NCBI GenBank assembly: GCA_945903275.1 | Contig: CAMDNW010000001.1 | Location: 35,094-99,093, forward strand | Direction of reading: 5' to 3' | Length of the DNA stretch: 64,000 nucleotides | DNA from: Thermoflexus hugenholtzii JAD2 | Lineage (GTDB): Bacteria; Chloroflexota; Dehalococcoidia; UBA2979 | Part shown: piece by piece, positions 40,508 to 51,957 of the stretch | How the letters are laid out: every line of letters begins with the position of its first letter | Numbering within the stretch: the first letter of the stretch is position 1 | The notes under the pieces: generated by a model | The model's database searches: none | What the model saw: only the letters and a program-made list of their open reading frames with translations | What the model was told of the DNA's origin: nothing | Translations under genes and position numbers: made by a program

Positions 40508-40617
40508 TCATCCGTAGGGATTTACCCGACGCGGGTGCTGGTAGGGAAGCCCGAAAATAGGCGCGTGCTATACTCATTTCGGAACCGGATCACTGCGCGG
40601 AAGTGGGGGCGCACCCC

Positions 40618-42063
40618 GTGGGTGTGACAGCAGAACGTCTACCGCGATCACTGATGGCACTCGAGATCGAGGTTGAGCCGGAGCGGTTGGAAGCATCGAT
40701 GGATAAGGCCGTGCGGCGGCTGTCGCAGCGCGTCCGCATTCCGGGCTTCCGGCCCGGGAAAGCCCCTCGGCACGTCATTGAGCGCACGCTTGGGCGCTCG
40801 GCGCTCGTGCAGGAGGCGCTGGAGCAACTGCTCCCCGACGTATACAGCGAAACGATCGCAGCCGAGTCGATCGACGCGATCGGTCAGCCATCGTTCGAGT
40901 TGAAGTCGATGGAGCCACTGGTCGTGGCGGCGACGGTGCCGGTACGCCCGACCATCGACCTGAAGGAATACACGGCGTTACGCGCGCCGAAGCCCGAGGC
41001 CGCGGTGGCCGAAGAGCAGGTCGAGGCCGCGCTGACGAACCTCCGCCGGCGCTATGCCACCCTGGACCCGGTCGACCGCCCGTTGCAGTGGGGCGACACC
41101 GTGCGCGCCGATGTCACGGTCAGCGTCGACGGGCAGGCCGAACCGCACGTCGAGGAGGGCGCTGAGTTCGCCGTGCTGGAAGGCACGACGATCTCGCTGC
41201 CGGGCTTCCTCGACCACCTGATCGGCCTCGAACGCGGCGGCCCGTACGAGATCGCGTATGAGTTGTCGGCCGACTTTGTGTCGGACGAACTGGCGGGCAA
41301 GGCGGCGCACTACACCGTCACGATTCACGAAGTGAAGCAGGAAGAACTACCGCCGTTCGACGACGACTTCGCGAAGTCGCTGGGTGAAGACTTCGAGACA
41401 GCTGCAGCGGTGCGTGAGCGCATCGAGCAGAACGTGCAGGCGCAGGCTGAGGCGCAGGCGGTTACCGCCTATCAGGAGGAAGTGCTCGACCTCTTGCTGG
41501 CGACGGCGGAGATTGACTACCCCGAAGTGCTGGTCGACAACGAGGTCGCCCGGATGATCGACCAAGAATCGAACCACGCCTCGCACACGCAGGAGGGCCT
41601 CGACAAGTGGCTCCAGCAGGTCGGGCGCACCGAAGACGAAGTGCGGGAAACCTTGCGGCCGCGCGCTGATCTGGCTGTGCGGCGTGCGCTGGTGCTGAAC
41701 GAACTGGCGCAGCGCGAGGGCATCACCGTCGGCGAAGACGAGATTGAGACCGAAGTCGACCGGATGGTGGAGCAGTGGTTCGCCCCGCAGACCGCCGACC
41801 AGAACGACGACCAGCGTGAGATGATCCGCGGCATGATCGCCAACGAGGAGTCGCGCGCCTCGATGCGCCACCAGCTACTGACCACTGCCACTCTTGGCCG
41901 CCTGACCGAGATCACGGCACAGGACGAGGCTGGAGACGGCGATGCACCGCGCCCACGCGGTACACGGCGCCGGCGCGGCCGGGCGGTGGATGGCGCCAAC
42001 AGTGACGATGCGGTTGAAGAGGCTGCTGAGGCAGCCCCGGAAGCCGAGGAGAAAACCGAGTAG
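40618..42063 (+). CDS. tig: Trigger factor
   Basis: IPGFRPGKAP signature, FKBP-like domain; upstream of clpPX. Confidence 0.95.
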   Translation: MGVTAERLPRSLMALEIEVEPERLEASMDKAVRRLSQRVRIPGFRPGKAPRHVIERTLGRSALVQEALEQLLPDVYSETIAAESIDAIGQPSFELKSMEPLVVAATVPVRPTIDLKEYTALRAPKPEAAVAEEQVEAALTNLRRRYATLDPVDRPLQWGDTVRADVTVSVDGQAEPHVEEGAEFAVLEGTTISLPGFLDHLIGLERGGPYEIAYELSADFVSDELAGKAAHYTVTIHEVKQEELPPFDDDFAKSLGEDFETAAAVRERIEQNVQAQAEAQAVTAYQEEVLDLLLATAEIDYPEVLVDNEVARMIDQESNHASHTQEGLDKWLQQVGRTEDEVRETLRPRADLAVRRALVLNELAQREGITVGEDEIETEVDRMVEQWFAPQTADQNDDQREMIRGMIANEESRASMRHQLLTTATLGRLTEITAQDEAGDGDAPRPRGTRRRRGRAVDGANSDDAVEEAAEAAPEAEEKTE

Positions 42064-42114
42064 CGCAGGCCTTTCCGGGCACTGTCAGGGATGTAGAGAG
42101 CAGAGGGCAGGGTT

Positions 42115-42759
42115 ATGCCGAACAGCGAATGGCTCGCGCCGCAGAATATTGTGCCGATGGTGATCGAGACGACCGCTCGGGGCGAGCGGGCGTACGACAT
42201 CTACTCACTGCTCTTGAAGGAGCGAATCATCTTTCTGGGCACACCCATTGACGACCAGATCGCGAACACGATCGTCGCGCAACTGCTTTACCTAGACCGG
42301 GAAGACTCGGATCGGGACATCACCATGTACGTCCACTCGCCGGGTGGCGTGATCACGGCCGGGCTGGCGATCTACGACACGATGAACCTGATCCGGTCGG
42401 ATGTCTCGACCATCGCGGTCGGGGCGACGGCCTCGATGGCGACGGTGTTGCTGTGCTCGGGGGCGAAGGGCAAGCGGTACGCGCTCCCGAACTCGACGAT
42501 CCACATGCATCAGGCGCTCGGTGGCGCTCGAGGTCAGGCCTCGGACATCGAGATTGCGGCGCGCGAAATTCTGCGCAACAACGAGATCATCCGCGGGATC
42601 ATCGCGAAGAACACCGGGCAGCCGGTGGAGCGTATCTCGCGTGACTTCGACCGTGACTTCTACATGAGCGCGCAGCAGGCGATGGACTACGGCATGGTAG
42701 ATGAGATCATCGGCGGCACTCCGGTGCCGGCGACTGAGAACGTATTGGCCCCGGCGTAA
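42115..42759 (+). CDS. clpP: Clp protease proteolytic subunit
   Basis: [25 protein letters not shown]. Confidence 0.98.
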   Translation: MPNSEWLAPQNIVPMVIETTARGERAYDIYSLLLKERIIFLGTPIDDQIANTIVAQLLYLDREDSDRDITMYVHSPGGVITAGLAIYDTMNLIRSDVSTIAVGATASMATVLLCSGAKGKRYALPNSTIHMHQALGGARGQASDIEIAAREILRNNEIIRGIIAKNTGQPVERISRDFDRDFYMSAQQAMDYGMVDEIIGGTPVPATENVLAPA

Positions 42760-42815
42760 GCCGGGGAGTGCGGGGGGTAGCACGGCCTCGCAAGAGGCCC
42801 GAGGGGATCGGGCGC

Positions 42816-44114
<1,299 letters not shown>

Positions 44115-44152
44115 TCCGGGATGATGGACACACGGGTGCTATCCTCGCCGCA

Positions 44153-44920
44153 ATGACCACGACTGATACACCTCGTCCGAAAGCCTTTCGGCAGCGGCTT
44201 GATGTTCTGCTGGTCGAGCGTGGCCTCGTCCCCAGCCGTGAACAGGCGCACGCGCTGATCCTAGCCCGTGAGGTGCTCGTCAATGGTGTCGCGGCCACGC
44301 GGCCAGCAGTCGCGGTGGCGCTGGATGCGGCGGTCGAAGTGCGGACGGCTGCGCCGTATGTGAGCCGCGGTGGCGAGAAGCTGGCCGGAGCGCTCGATGC
44401 CGCAGGCGTCGGTGTCGAAGGCCGCCGCTGCCTCGATGTAGGCGCATCCACGGGTGGCTTTACGGATTGCCTGCTCCAGCATGGTGCGGCGCATGTCGTG
44501 GCTGTCGATGTTGGATACGGCCAGATTGCCCAGCGACTGCGCGACGACCCGCGGGTGGACGTGCGCGAGCGCACTAACGCCCGGACGATGGCCCCGCTCG
44601 GCGATCTGGTGGACTTCGCGACCGTCGATGTCTCCTTCATCTCGCTCACGCTGGTGCTGCCGGCGGTCATCGCCTCGCTCCGGGTTGGCGGCGATGTGTT
44701 CGCGCTGGTGAAGCCGCAATTCGAGTCAAGCCGCGACGAAGTGGGGAAGGGCGGCGTGGTGCGCGATGAGCGCGTACACGCGGCCTGCATCGCGCGGGTG
44801 GCGCTGTGGGCCATTGAGCACGGACTGCGGGTGCGCGGTGTGTTCCGCTCGCCGCTATTGGGGCCAGCAGGCAACATGGAGTTCTTCCTCTGGTTGCACA
44901 AAGACAGGGCGGCCTTGTGA
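44153..44920 (+). CDS. tlyA: TlyA-family rRNA 2'-O-methyltransferase
   Basis: S4 domain, YVSRGGEKL, DVGASTGGFTD, DVSFISL, VKPQFE, GNMEF. Confidence 0.95.
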   Translation: MTTTDTPRPKAFRQRLDVLLVERGLVPSREQAHALILAREVLVNGVAATRPAVAVALDAAVEVRTAAPYVSRGGEKLAGALDAAGVGVEGRRCLDVGASTGGFTDCLLQHGAAHVVAVDVGYGQIAQRLRDDPRVDVRERTNARTMAPLGDLVDFATVDVSFISLTLVLPAVIASLRVGGDVFALVKPQFESSRDEVGKGGVVRDERVHAACIARVALWAIEHGLRVRGVFRSPLLGPAGNMEFFLWLHKDRAAL

Positions 44921-45792
44921 GCCCGATCCAGCGCGTTGCCTGCCTCTATCATCCCGCCATCGAAGGCGCTGAAGGGGTCGCGCGCGACCTCGAACGGCTG
45001 ATCGTGGGGCGAGGCGTGTCCTCCTGGGTCGCGGAGCTGCCCCGGAACGGGGACGGCGGCCTCGGCGAGGCAGTCGCTGGCTCCGACCTCGTGATGTGCG
45101 TGGGTGGTGACGGGACGGTGCTACACGCGGCGGGCATTGCAGCGCGCGCGGATAAACCGGTGTTCGGAGTCCGCATGGGCCGACTCGGATTCCTTGCTGA
45201 AGCGACGGAAGCCGAAGCCCCGGCCGCGCTCGTGACGATCCTCGAGGGCAAGGGACGCCTCGATCGCCGGACGATGCTGCAGGCGCAGGTAGACGGCGGA
45301 CGGGTGCTACACGCGCTGAACGACCTCGTGATCGGCGGAGGCCGCATTGGGCGGACTGTCTCCGTCGGGTTGCGAGTCGATGGCGTCCTGCTCGCGGAAT
45401 ACCGGGCAGACGCGGTGATCGCGGCTACGGCTACCGGCTCGACCGGCTACGCGTTATCAGTAGGTGGCCCAATCCTGCACCCATCGTCCCGTGACCTGAT
45501 TGTGACGCCGGTAGCCCCACATCTGTCCTATCAGAACGCCCTGGTGCTCCCGCTCGACGCCAGCGTGGAGTTCGAGGTGGCGCGTGGCGATGGCGGGCTG
45601 CTGATGGCTGATGGCCTCGATGAGGAGCCGGTGCATACGGGCGCTGTGGTGCGCATTACACGTTCCGCGCTGACCGCGACGTTCGTACGGGTGGGCGAGG
45701 AACGGCAGTTCTACGCGAATCTCGCACGGCGGCTCGGGTGGCTGCGGATCGACCATGCGCTCGGTGGCGACACCCCGAACGCCGCGCGGTAG
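44917..45792 (+). CDS. nadK: NAD+ kinase
   Basis: GGDGT, GRLGFL, ALND, TATGSTGYALSVGGP. Confidence 0.95.
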   Translation: MSPIQRVACLYHPAIEGAEGVARDLERLIVGRGVSSWVAELPRNGDGGLGEAVAGSDLVMCVGGDGTVLHAAGIAARADKPVFGVRMGRLGFLAEATEAEAPAALVTILEGKGRLDRRTMLQAQVDGGRVLHALNDLVIGGGRIGRTVSVGLRVDGVLLAEYRADAVIAATATGSTGYALSVGGPILHPSSRDLIVTPVAPHLSYQNALVLPLDASVEFEVARGDGGLLMADGLDEEPVHTGAVVRITRSALTATFVRVGEERQFYANLARRLGWLRIDHALGGDTPNAAR

Positions 45793-45870
45793 GGGGCTGC
45801 TGGGGCGCGCTGGGGCGCGGCGGACAGCCGCCGTATGTCCTATGCTTGTAGCCGATTACGGGAGGGTCGG

Positions 45871-46380
45871 ATGCCCGAGCAGGGTGCTTCGCCAGTCACT
45901 CGATCAGTCTCTACTGCACGTGCCGAACGCGCGACGGTGTATGACGCTGAGTCTATACATAACGTTGTTAACTATTGGGCGGCGCGCGGGGAGATGCTCC
46001 CGCGCACGATGGGTGAGGTCTACGAGAACATCCGCGACTTCTTTGTCGTTCGCGAGGACGGCGAGACGGTCGCCTGTGGGGCGCTGCACATCACCTGGGG
46101 CGACCTAGCGGAGCTGAAGTCGCTCGCAGTGCGGGAAGACCGCCAGTCGGCCGGCTACGGGAGTGCTATCGTCCGGGCCTGCATCGAGGAGGGCCGCTCG
46201 CTCGGCCTCGAACGGGTGTTTGCACTAACGTACCGGCCGGGCTACTTCGAGCGCCTTGGGTTCCAGCAGGTCGATGTGATGGATCTGCCGCGCAAGGTCT
46301 GGAACGAGTGCTACCGCTGTCCGAAGTTCCCCGGCTGCAACGAGATCGCCATGGTGTGCGACCTCGGCGCCGCGAAGTGA
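45871..46380 (+). CDS. GNAT N-acetyltransferase (short ArgA-like)
   Basis: MLPR, YENIRDF, LAELKSLAV, LPRKVWNECYRCPK. Confidence 0.88.
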   Translation: MPEQGASPVTRSVSTARAERATVYDAESIHNVVNYWAARGEMLPRTMGEVYENIRDFFVVREDGETVACGALHITWGDLAELKSLAVREDRQSAGYGSAIVRACIEEGRSLGLERVFALTYRPGYFERLGFQQVDVMDLPRKVWNECYRCPKFPGCNEIAMVCDLGAAK

Positions 46381-46915
46381 CCGAAGCCGAAATCCTGTCT
46401 TCGTCGACCGTCTACCAGGCGCGAGTCTTCGATGTCGAAGAACTGCGGGTGCGCTTTGACGACGGTGGCGAGCACCAGTACGAGGTCGTACGGCACCCTG
46501 GCGCGGTCGCCATCGTGGCGATTGACGCCGAGGGGCGCTGGCGCTCGTGCGTCAGTACCGGGTGCCCGCGGCGCGCGAACTCCTCGAAATCCCCGCGGGG
46601 ACGCTGGAGCCGGGCGAAGAGCCGATGGCGACCGCGCACCGCGAACTCCGCGAAGAGACCGGGTATGCCGCGGATCGCCTCGAACCGCTAGGCGGCACAT
46701 GGATGTCGCCTGGCTTCTGTAGCGAATACATCCACTATTTCCTCGCCACCGGGCTGCGGCCCTCGCCGTTGCCACAGGACGAGGACGAGCGGCTCTCAGC
46801 TCCGGTCGCGCTGCGCCTCGATGAGGTGCTCGCTGCCATCGACGACGGGACGATCGCCGACGCCAAGACCGTGGTGGCGACGGTATTGGTGGCGCGGCAG
46901 CAAGATTCCACGTGA
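46377..46915 (+). pseudogene. ADP-ribose pyrophosphatase (NudF-like), frameshifted near 46540
   Basis: GTG start overlapping the GNAT stop gives ...VVRHPGAVAIVAIDAEGRW; continues in another frame LVRQYRVP...EIPAGTLEPGE...RELREETG, SPGF, DAKT. Confidence 0.75.
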
Positions 46916-46925
46916 CGTATAACGA

Positions 46926-46941
46926 GGTGAGGTGATTCACT
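46926..46941. promoter_or_regulatory. CRP/FNR- or Rex-like palindrome upstream of sdh
   Basis: GGTGA-GGTGAT-TCACT (GTGA-N6-TCAC). Confidence 0.4.
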
Positions 46942-47003
46942 TGACGCTGCCCATGCGCACGGACAGAGTCGTGTGAGCACATGAGGTGGACAAGGGGCGA
47001 GAC

Positions 47004-47798
47004 ATGGCACAGGCGAGCACGACGCTTGGACGGGAACGCCGCTACGGGAAGACGCAGCGCGTAGACCGCTGGTGGCTAGAGCCATTGCTGGTCGCGTTTG
47101 GCCTCGTGTCGTTCATTGTGTACTCGACGGTTTCGGCGCTGATGGGCGCGGGCGACCCGCCGATCTGGGCGTACGAAGCAGGACCGTACCTGTCGCCGTT
47201 CTTCGAGCCGATCATCAAACCTGCATGGTTGCCGTCGTGGGTCTCGCCCGCTCTGCTGATCCTTGGTGGGCCGCTATCGTTCCGCATGACCTGCTACTAC
47301 TACCGGCGGGCGTACTACCGCTCGTTCTTCATGAGCCCGCCCGCCTGCGCTGTGGTGGAACCGGCGAAGTCATATTCCGGTGAGACGCGGTTCCCACTGT
47401 TTCTCCAGAAGCTGCACAGGTACGCGCTTTACATCGCGCTCGCCTTCAACATGTTGCTCTGGTACGGGGCGATCAAGTCGTTCTACTGGGAGGGCGAGAT
47501 TGGGATTGGCGTCGGTTCAGTCATCATGACCGCCAACGCGTTTCTGCTGATGATGTACTCGTTGTCATGCCACTCGCTTCGCCACCTGGTGGGTGGCGGT
47601 CTCGATTGCTTCTCGTGCTCGAACTTCACGAACACGCGGTACTCCGTATGGGCGCGCATCTCACAGTGGAATGAGCACCACCGCTTCTGGGCGTGGGCCA
47701 GTCTGATCAGTGTCGGCGTGACCGATCTGTACATCCGGCTGGTTGCGAACGGTGTGGTTACCGACCTGCACACGTTTACCGCACCGTTTGTCCACTAG
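47004..47798 (+). CDS. Succinate dehydrogenase membrane anchor, mycobacterial Sdh1 (Rv0249c-like) type
   Basis: YLSPF, FRMTCYYYRRAYYRSF, PPACAV, HRY, SCHSLRH...DCFS, WAWASL; upstream of sdhA. Confidence 0.88.
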   Translation: MAQASTTLGRERRYGKTQRVDRWWLEPLLVAFGLVSFIVYSTVSALMGAGDPPIWAYEAGPYLSPFFEPIIKPAWLPSWVSPALLILGGPLSFRMTCYYYRRAYYRSFFMSPPACAVVEPAKSYSGETRFPLFLQKLHRYALYIALAFNMLLWYGAIKSFYWEGEIGIGVGSVIMTANAFLLMMYSLSCHSLRHLVGGGLDCFSCSNFTNTRYSVWARISQWNEHHRFWAWASLISVGVTDLYIRLVANGVVTDLHTFTAPFVH

Positions 47799-47864
47799 CA
47801 GATTGAATGGGGAACGAGCGCCCAGTGCGCGCGTCCGCCTGACGAGGTAACAGGGAGAGCATCA

Positions 47865-49679
47865 GTGGTCGATTACGAGACACATGAATACGACGTGATC
47901 GTGATCGGTGCCGGTGGCGCTGGTCTCCGCGCGGCTGTCGAGTCATCGGCGACGGGCGCGAAGACGGCGCTGATCTGCAAGTCGCTGCTGGGCAAAGCCC
48001 ACACGGTGATGGCGGAGGGTGGCATCGCCGCCGCGCTGGGCAACGTGTACGAGCAGGACAACTGGCAGGTGCACTTCCGCGACACCATGCGCGGCGGCAA
48101 GATGCTGAACAACTGGCGCATGGCCCAGATCCACGCGCAAGAAGCCCCCGACCGCGTCCGTGAGCTCGAGGCGTGGGGCGCGCTGTTCGACCGGACGGCG
48201 GACGGCCGCATCCTCCAGCGTGACTTCGGCGGGCACCGTTACGCGCGTCTGGCGCATGTCGGCGACCGCACTGGCCTCGAAATGATTCGCACGCTCCAGC
48301 AGCACGCCGTGCATCGCGGTATCGATGTTTACCAGGAATGCACGATCACGCGGCTGCTGAAGGACGGCGACGCGATCGCCGGCGCCTTTGGGTACTGGCG
48401 CGAGACTGGGCGCTTCGTGGTCTATCGCGCGAAAGCGGTCATCCTCGCGACCGGCGGGCTGTGCAAACTGTTCGCGATTAACTCGAACTCATGGGAGGGC
48501 ACCGGCGACGGGCACGCGCTCGCGGCGTGGGCGGGCGCGGATATGATCGACATGGAGTTTGTGCAGTTCCACCCGACCGGGATGGTCTGGCCGCTCTCCG
48601 TGCGCGGCATCCTAGTAACCGAAGGCGTGCGCGGCGACGGTGGCACGCTCCGGAACCGGGATCAAGAACAGTTCATGTTCAACTACATCCCGCCCATGTT
48701 CGCCGCCGAGACGGCGGACACCATCGAAGAAGCCGACCGCTGGTACACCGACAAGGTGAACGCACGGCGCACCCCCAACCTGCTGCCGCGTGACGAGGTG
48801 GCGCGCGCCATCAACTCCGAGGTGAAGGCCGGCCGAGGCAGCCCGCATGGTGGCGTATTCCTCGACATCGCCTCACGGCGCGACGCGGACTACATCCAGC
48901 GGCGCTTGCCGAGCATGTACCACCAGTTCAAGCAGCTGGCCGACGTGGACATCACCAAGGACGCGATGGAAGTCGGCCCGACCGCGCACTACGCCATGGG
49001 CGGCGTGCGCGTCGACGCCGAGACGACGGCGACCACGGTGCCGGGGCTGTTCGCGGCGGGCGAGGTCGCCGGCGGCATGCACGGCTCGAACCGCCTCGGG
49101 GGTAACTCGCTCTCGGATCTCCTAGTCTTCGGCCGGCGCGCGGGGCTGTACGCGGCCGAGTACGCGAACGCGATGCCGAATCTGCCCGGCCTGAACGGGA
49201 CGGACGTGGACACGGCTGCCGAAGAGGCTACCGCGCCCTTCGACAACACCGGCCGCGAGAACCCCTACTCGATCCACCACGATATGCAGGATTCGATGCA
49301 GGAGTTGGTGGGCATCATCCGTAAGGAAGACGAGCTGGGCGAGGCACGCGAGCGGCTGCAGTCGTTCCGAGAGCGCTCACGCCACCTCAGGGTGGATGGA
49401 AACCGCCAGTTCAACCCAGGCTGGCACCTCTCGCTCGACCTGCGCACCATGCTGACTGTGGCCGACTTGATTACGCAAGGTGCGACCCTGCGTAAGGAAA
49501 GCCGTGGCGGGCACACCCGGGATGATTACCCGGGGCCGGACACGCACTTTGGGACAGTGAACATCGTGCAGCGGTGGACGCCAGATGGCGCTGTCGCCCG
49601 CGAGGAGCCATTGCCGCAAATGCCGCACGAACTGGCGGCGCTATTCGAAGGGGACAGCCATGCCGACAGCGCATCTTAA
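47865..49679 (+). CDS. sdhA: Succinate dehydrogenase/fumarate reductase flavoprotein
   Basis: GAGGAG, AHTVMAEGG, QFHPT, EGVRG, HYAMGG, HGSNRLGGNSL, ESRGGH. Confidence 0.96.
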   Translation: MVDYETHEYDVIVIGAGGAGLRAAVESSATGAKTALICKSLLGKAHTVMAEGGIAAALGNVYEQDNWQVHFRDTMRGGKMLNNWRMAQIHAQEAPDRVRELEAWGALFDRTADGRILQRDFGGHRYARLAHVGDRTGLEMIRTLQQHAVHRGIDVYQECTITRLLKDGDAIAGAFGYWRETGRFVVYRAKAVILATGGLCKLFAINSNSWEGTGDGHALAAWAGADMIDMEFVQFHPTGMVWPLSVRGILVTEGVRGDGGTLRNRDQEQFMFNYIPPMFAAETADTIEEADRWYTDKVNARRTPNLLPRDEVARAINSEVKAGRGSPHGGVFLDIASRRDADYIQRRLPSMYHQFKQLADVDITKDAMEVGPTAHYAMGGVRVDAETTATTVPGLFAAGEVAGGMHGSNRLGGNSLSDLLVFGRRAGLYAAEYANAMPNLPGLNGTDVDTAAEEATAPFDNTGRENPYSIHHDMQDSMQELVGIIRKEDELGEARERLQSFRERSRHLRVDGNRQFNPGWHLSLDLRTMLTVADLITQGATLRKESRGGHTRDDYPGPDTHFGTVNIVQRWTPDGAVAREEPLPQMPHELAALFEGDSHADSAS

Positions 49680-50403
49680 GCTCTGGCGAGGCGACGACAC
49701 CGGCGCGTATCAGGAGTACGACGTCGAGTACGCCGAGGGCATGGTCATCCTAGATGTTGTGCACCTGCTGCAGGCCACGCAGGTCGGCGACCTTGCGGTT
49801 CGCTGGAACTGCAAGGCTGGTAAGTGCGGTTCCTGTTCCGCTGAGATTAACGGCAAGCCTCGGCTGATGTGCATGACGCGCATGAACACCTTCGTTCCGG
49901 GCGAGACGATCTCGATCGCGCCGATGAAGACGTTCCCGCTGATTCGCGACCTCGTGACGGATGTGAAGCATAACTACGGGGTCGCCCGGAAGATGCTGGA
50001 GTTTGCGCCCGGTGCCCCGGCGGCAGATGGCGACTACCGGATGCAGCAGATCGATATCGACCGGCTGCAAGAGTTCCACAAGTGCATTGAGTGCTTCCTC
50101 TGTCAGGATGTCTGTCACGTCATTCGTGAGCACCCGGACAACCTGAACAACTTCATCGGGCCTCGGTTCATCCTGCAACTGGCTCAGGTGGCGATGCACC
50201 CCCTCGACACGAACGAGAAGAGCGCCTCCACCGCCGACCACTGGGGTGTGGACTACTGCAACATCACCAAGTGCTGCACCGATGTCTGCCCCGAGGGTAT
50301 CCACATCACCGACAACGCGATCATCCCGATGAAAGAGCGCATCGTGGATGAGTCCTTCGACCCGATCCGGGCGATCGGGCGGAAGTTGTTCGGCAAGAAG
50401 TAG
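49660..50403 (+). CDS. sdhB: Succinate dehydrogenase iron-sulfur subunit
   Basis: CKAGKCGSC, CIECFLCQDVC, CNITKCCTDVCP. Confidence 0.96.
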   Translation: MPTAHLKLWRGDDTGAYQEYDVEYAEGMVILDVVHLLQATQVGDLAVRWNCKAGKCGSCSAEINGKPRLMCMTRMNTFVPGETISIAPMKTFPLIRDLVTDVKHNYGVARKMLEFAPGAPAADGDYRMQQIDIDRLQEFHKCIECFLCQDVCHVIREHPDNLNNFIGPRFILQLAQVAMHPLDTNEKSASTADHWGVDYCNITKCCTDVCPEGIHITDNAIIPMKERIVDESFDPIRAIGRKLFGKK

Positions 50404-50413
50404 CACCTGACTC

Positions 50414-50471
50414 ATCGCCAGACTTACGAAAGCGGCGCCCGTGCGGGCGCCGCTTTCGTAAGTCTGGCGAT
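50414..50471. terminator. Perfect 27-bp inverted repeat, likely bidirectional terminator
   Basis: atcgccagacttacgaaagcggcgccc-gtgc-gggcgccgctttcgtaagtctggcgat between convergent sdhB and fumC. Confidence 0.75.
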
Positions 50472-50488
50472 TCCCCCGCCGGAAGTAC

Positions 50489-51895
50489 CTACGGGTGGAT
50501 CATGTCCTCCGGGCGCACCCACTCGTCGAATTGCTCTGGAGTGACGAAGCCAGAGGCCACTGCCGCCTCCTTGAGCGTCAGGCCCTCGTGGTGACCCTTG
50601 TGGGCGACCTGAGCAGCCTTGTCGTAGCCGATGTGCGGCGAGAGCGCCGTGACCAGCATGAGCGAGGAGCGCATCAGTTCATCGATGCGGGCGGTGTTGG
50701 CTTCTATACCGACGACCATGTTGTCGGTGAATGACTTGGAGGCGTCGCCGATGAGCCGGAGGCTCTGAAGCGTGTTGTAGACAATCACCGGTTTGAAGAC
50801 GTTTAGTTCGAAGTGGCCCATTGCGCCGCCGATGTTCACCGCGACATCGTTCCCCATCACCTGGGCACAGACCATCGTGATGGCCTCAGCCTGCGTGGGG
50901 TTCACCTTGCCTGGCATGATCGAGGAACCCGGCTCGTTCTCGGGAAGCATCAGTTCGCCGATGCCAGCCCGGGGGCCGGAGCCGAGGAAGCGGATGTCGT
51001 TCGCGATCTTCATCAAGGAGGCCGCGATGGTCTTCAACTGGCCGGAGAGTTGCACCTGCGCGTCGTGCGCGGCAAGCGACTCGAACTTGTTCGGGGCGGT
51101 GATGAAGGGCAGGCCCGTGAGTTTCGCGATCTCTTTCGCTACGCGCTCAGCGTACTCGGGGTGCGTGTTCAGGCCGGTGCCGACGGCGGTGCCGCCCAGC
51201 GCGAGTTCGTACAGCCTCGGCATACACGACTCGGCGCGCTCGATGCCGTAAGTGATCTGTTGGACATAACCGGAGAACTCCTGCCCGAGCGTCAACGGAG
51301 TAGCGTCCATCAGGTGCGTCCGGCCGATCTTCACGATCGAGGCGAACTCGTCCGCCTTCCGCTGGAGCGCATCGCGTAGGTAGCGCAGGTTCGGGATCAG
51401 GTGATGGATGACCTGCTCGCCGGTGGCAACGGCCATCGCGGCGGGGAATACGTCGTTCGAGGACTGCGACATGTTCACGTGGTCGTTAGGGTGGACGGGG
51501 TTCTTCGAACCGAGTGTGCCGCCGAGGAGTTCGATGGCGCGGTTCGAGATGACCTCGTTCGCGTTCATGTTGGTCTGGGTGCCGGAGCCGGTCTGCCAGA
51601 CGACGAGCGGGAACTGGTCGTCCAGTGTGCTGTCGATGACCTCCTGCGCCGCCTGCCGGATGGCGTCCGCGAGGCGAGCCTCGATTTTCCCGAGATCTTG
51701 GTTCACTGTGGCGGAGGCGTGCTTGATGATCCCGAGCGCGCGGATCAGCGGGCGCGGGAAGCGCTCGCCGCCGATGCGGAAGTTCTCGATGGAGCGTTGT
51801 GTCTGTGCGCCCCAGTAGACATCCGAGCGCACCTCGATGGGCCCGAACGAGTCGGTCTCAGTGCGTGTTTCCTTGGTCATACTCGTCGTGGTCAT
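50489..51895 (-). CDS. fumC: Class II fumarate hydratase
   Basis: [41 protein letters not shown]. Confidence 0.97.
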   Translation of the reverse strand: MTTTSMTKETRTETDSFGPIEVRSDVYWGAQTQRSIENFRIGGERFPRPLIRALGIIKHASATVNQDLGKIEARLADAIRQAAQEVIDSTLDDQFPLVVWQTGSGTQTNMNANEVISNRAIELLGGTLGSKNPVHPNDHVNMSQSSNDVFPAAMAVATGEQVIHHLIPNLRYLRDALQRKADEFASIVKIGRTHLMDATPLTLGQEFSGYVQQITYGIERAESCMPRLYELALGGTAVGTGLNTHPEYAERVAKEIAKLTGLPFITAPNKFESLAAHDAQVQLSGQLKTIAASLMKIANDIRFLGSGPRAGIGELMLPENEPGSSIMPGKVNPTQAEAITMVCAQVMGNDVAVNIGGAMGHFELNVFKPVIVYNTLQSLRLIGDASKSFTDNMVVGIEANTARIDELMRSSLMLVTALSPHIGYDKAAQVAHKGHHEGLTLKEAAVASGFVTPEQFDEWVRPEDMIHP

Positions 51896-51957
51896 GGTGT
51901 GCCTCGTGGGGGAGTAGCGCGCGACGGCCGATTGGCCGCCGCGCTGTGTGCCGAGTG

